Origin: Vermamoeba vermiformis
Taxonomy: Eukaryota
NCBI GenBank assembly: GCA_045837725.1
Contig: JBEWZL010000282.1
Coordinates: 483,230-503,229, forward strand
Direction of reading: 5' to 3'
DNA length: 20,000 bases
The position numbers and the translations under genes were made by a program. Positions 18,101 through 20,000 of this stretch are shown here, one piece after another. A model generated the notes under the pieces. The model saw only the letters and a list, made by a program, of their open reading frames with translations, was not told the origin of the DNA and did no database searches. Positions within the stretch are counted from its first letter, which is position 1, and every line of letters starts with the position of its first letter.

Positions 18101-19689
18101 TGGAGACTATGGGAGTTGATATTCTCGGTCCTTTACCAATGTCAAAAGGGAAGTACCGATACATCCTTGTTTTCAGCGATTATTTTACAAAATACCCTGT
18201 CTGCGTGCCCACGCGTGACATAGAAGCACCTACTATTGCTAGAGCTATGATTGATCACGTATTTCTCGAATTAGGATTTCCTCGTAAACTGGTCTCAGAT
18301 CGCGGTTCACAATTCCTCAGTGACATCGTCCAAGAAATCTGTCATCAACTCAAGATCGACAAAGTTCAGTCTACAGCGTATCACCCTCAGACCGACGGTC
18401 TCGTCGAACGGTTTAATCACACGTTGTGTGTTATGCTGTCGATGTACTGTCACGACAACAACGCTGATTGGGCTAAATACCTCAAATACGTCGTGCACGC
18501 GTACCGGTGCACTCCTCATCCTTCTACTGGTGTTACACCGTATGAAGCGCTGAATTTCAGGATTCCGAATTCGCTGATGGATGTGCAATTACCCGTCGCG
18601 TCACATGTCAAGGCTCGAAAGGCGCAAGATTTGTTAAAAGAACTCGCTTTTGGTCACGACTTGATGACTAAGCAAATTAGACAGCGTATTCTCGACGCTC
18701 AAGAATACCAAGCCGACTTCTACAACAGAAATCGCCGCAACGTACACTACAAGGTTGGCCAACGAGTTTGGTTCTTCTGGCCTATGCGTAATGCATACAA
18801 CCAAGTCACTAAGCTCAGTCTCCCGTGGTCTGGCCCCTACTTCATCGCCAAACAGAAATCAGCGGTGACGTATCGCCTGATGAAGCCTGATGGATCCCTA
18901 TTTAAGCAAGTAGTTCACGTTGATCGTTTAAAACCGTGCACGTCTACGAATGATATTCCTACAGAATTCGTCTCTCTGCACGCCAACGACAGTTTCGACC
19001 CCGAGATCGAGACATCCGATCGCGAACCCACCTACACACCCGTCATTATCGACAAAATTCCAACTACTCAAATAGTTGTACCTGAATATAATGACGATAC
19101 CATCCAACATGATCATGAAGAGGAGCCTGAAAGCGAATCTCCCGAGATCAGATCTGTTTTGGATTTATTACACGAAGAGTACTACACTCTTCGCCGTAAG
19201 TTCGAATTTAGCCGTGAAATTAAAGGCAAACAAAGACGTAATTTTAAGAGCAAAATTAAAACACTTTGGCGGAAAATTGCAAAACTCGAATCCGATCCAA
19301 AATTAGATCGTACTAAATTTAACGACGATAATAAGGACAATTTACAGTCTAACGAATTTAAGACAATTCCTTTTAAAGAGAGAACCGAAGATTTTATACA
19401 ACCTTTCGTTCTTAAAGAATTGTTTAAAGCGCTAGTTGATCTATATTTAGCGTATCGAGACAAACAATTATCGGAAAAATTCAAATTCTCGAGTGTACGC
19501 ACAGAATTACGTGATTTATTTAGGATGCCACACATCCCAGACACGAAGCGACAACAATTTTTCCGTAGCCAGATCAAACTGATCAACTCCAAGGACGCCT
19601 TGCTGGATTTCCTGCACGACTGCCTTTCGCGCTTTGTCCAAGTCTTCGCTCACGAGATCGTCGCCATTCAACAGAAGAGCTCTCAGTAG
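15145..19689 (+). CDS. pol: Retrotransposon Pol polyprotein (PR-RT-RNase H-IN plus C-terminal extension), in frame with gag
   Basis: Open from the codon after the gag stop; the ORF track starts it at GTG 15187. PR LLDTGA (D at 15283); RT YIDD 16786-16797; RNase H VDAS at 17239; IN HHCC 17911-18033, D 18118, D 18298, E 18406; GPY motif at 18832. Confidence 0.96.
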   Translation, partial: REDETSSVSQPEPNVVATVHLPKGSAEPPVFASVCVNGHQVPKALLDTGAAVTIVNKGFVDSLGLSITPCERSEIVVANDERMAVDGYAHIAIQIAKTPVRVHALYVPNIAYGLIIGTNVLKASGVKVMCGGKQLWPPLSPNGESQSNANCAFVHKDTRCLINANESVSIPPLCGMSVRGRMRGKQLDGDVLIEPTKRTITDGNVARQLRNAKDGLVDVFITNSSYNQRLYIAKDSPIAFAYDDVSFWCDEQGIVLTINILNNRVLDDNSLLAQVSDDSAEHASVENSADEKEKRVNRRARRALEKLDGKAERVYSGRKPRKKRRGDGFVEVNVVNSSKSELSNEKTDGCDIDPNLPSNYKQSLLKLLDKYSDLWTVSVHTTTPLVKHPITTFGEPKKQYPYRLAYSEKPFVEKYITDSLASGIIRPSNSPWSSPILLVKKKDGTKRFCVDYRQLNAVTKKDVHPIPRVEDVLERLDGMRYFTTLDLVQSYYQIEVEERDKEKTAFITDQGSFEYNVMPFGLTNAPSTFQRLMNLVLAGLNWQMCLVYIDDILIFSKTFEEHLDHLELVFDRLRTANLKLKLSKCKFAYPTTIYLGHCIGANGVSPDPAKLEAIKRIDPSTWKSVTDVKSFLGMTGYYRRFVKDYATIAKDLTEMLRKDVDFKMSRRRVRSAKRLRDALCTAPILAYPKWELPFIVQVDASNIGMGGVLTQIHPKTGEHPVAYFSRKFTPSEQKYAVMERECLAMVESIKYFRPYIYGQKFTVVTDHKPLEHIHSFKSHNGRVARWDMALADYNFQVIARPGKDNANADALSRLFVSTVSMYTKSKSIDDISPEYLNTRNPEVMRAKQLEDPKLSTIMQYLENDIAPDDPRERAILIKESDQYYIKKGVLYHLFWPSRKRKFTSRLRLAIPESMHNDILTAYHNDPLGAHQGIQRTFELISSKYYWPGLYRSVNDHVRNCIKCIAKKTPRLKKAGLMQPIRVSERMETMGVDILGPLPMSKGKYRYILVFSDYFTKYPVCVPTRDIEAPTIARAMIDHVFLELGFPRKLVSDRGSQFLSDIVQEICHQLKIDKVQSTAYHPQTDGLVERFNHTLCVMLSMYCHDNNADWAKYLKYVVHAYRCTPHPSTGVTPYEALNFRIPNSLMDVQLPVASHVKARKAQDLLKELAFGHDLMTKQIRQRILDAQEYQADFYNRNRRNVHYKVGQRVWFFWPMRNAYNQVTKLSLPWSGPYFIAKQKSAVTYRLMKPDGSLFKQVVHVDRLKPCTSTNDIPTEFVSLHANDSFDPEIETSDREPTYTPVIIDKIPTTQIVVPEYNDDTIQHDHEEEPESESPEIRSVLDLLHEEYYTLRRKFEFSREIKGKQRRNFKSKIKTLWRKIAKLESDPKLDRTKFNDDNKDNLQSNEFKTIPFKERTEDFIQPFVLKELFKALVDLYLAYRDKQLSEKFKFSSVRTELRDLFRMPHIPDTKRQQFFRSQIKLINSKDALLDFLHDCLSRFVQVFAHEIVAIQQKSSQ

Positions 19690-19825
19690 CCTGTGCCGAG
19701 TCTGCATTGCCGCCACATCAACGTCAAATCAATCAATCAACACGATATATTTAAAACGTATTAGTTTATTTACTAGTACAAACTACATCTTACATACACT
19801 TCGGGAGAAGTGCTCTCTTTTCTTT

Positions 19826-19837
19826 AGGAGGGAGGAA
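19826..19837 (+). other. Polypurine tract
   Basis: AGGAGGGAGGAA directly abutting the 3' LTR. Confidence 0.9.
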
Positions 19838-20000
19838 TGTAATGATGTACTCATACAATAAACGTGAGAACGTCAGCGTGTCAGGTGCGTGGTTAAGCCA
19901 CGGTAAATCCCGACTTAACGGAAACCTGGCGGGTATAAAAACCCTGCCAATCTCTTTCCGTCCTGACCTTCTTCACACCCACTACGAGCACTACATTACA
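19838..20000 (+). repeat. 3' LTR (163 bp)
   Basis: Identical copy of 13391-13553; ends in CATTACA at the last base of the window. Confidence 0.97.

Larger units (their letters stand above)
13391..20000 (+). mobile_element. Full-length Ty3/Gypsy (Metaviridae) LTR retrotransposon, 6610 bp, apparently intact
   Basis: Two identical 163-bp LTRs (TG...CA), PBS, gag, pol in PR-RT-RH-IN order (Ty3/Gypsy), and a PPT. The right-side TSD lies outside the window. Confidence 0.97.

Noticed and set aside
19182-19861. env-like or antisense extra ORF at the 3' end of the retroelement
   Set aside because: These short ORFs overlap pol or the LTR, have no signal peptide or TM pattern, and only ~150 bp separate the pol stop from the LTR.
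19990-20000. Target-site duplication and significance of the window ending exactly at the LTR end
   Set aside because: There is no flanking sequence to test. The coincidence may reflect how the window or contig was cut.
1-20000. CRISPR arrays, tRNA/rRNA genes, prokaryotic operons
   Set aside because: I saw no repeat-spacer array, cloverleaf or rRNA-like sequence; the genes are spliceosomal-intron eukaryotic genes.

Overview
Compact, intron-rich eukaryotic DNA, probably a protist: short GT-AG introns of about 45-90 nt and a Dictyostelium-type G8 gene suggest an amoebozoan, which is inference. From left to right: (1) the probable right end of a CACTA/EnSpm-like DNA transposon (1-1232); (2) an 11-exon gene built from two fused, diverged F-box-like units, with one frameshift (1535-4396, +); (3) a signal peptide + PA-domain + 7TM receptor-like gene, with one apparent frameshift (4480-6280, -); (4) a small single-TM gene (6527-7170, -); (5) a ~1330-aa secreted G8/beta-helix (TMEM2/CEMIP-like) gene (7342-12711, -); (6) a complete, very young Ty3/Gypsy LTR retrotransposon (13391-20000) inserted into the first exon of a host gene. 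The retroelement is the most unusual part. It has identical 163-bp LTRs, gag and pol in the same frame separated by a single TGA followed by a stem-loop/pseudoknot (stop-codon readthrough), a 16/17-nt complementarity between its 5' leader and 3' UTR, an RGG nucleocapsid with no zinc knuckle, and a ~250-aa integrase tail with no chromodomain that I cannot assign. All exon models were derived by hand and no database searches were run.
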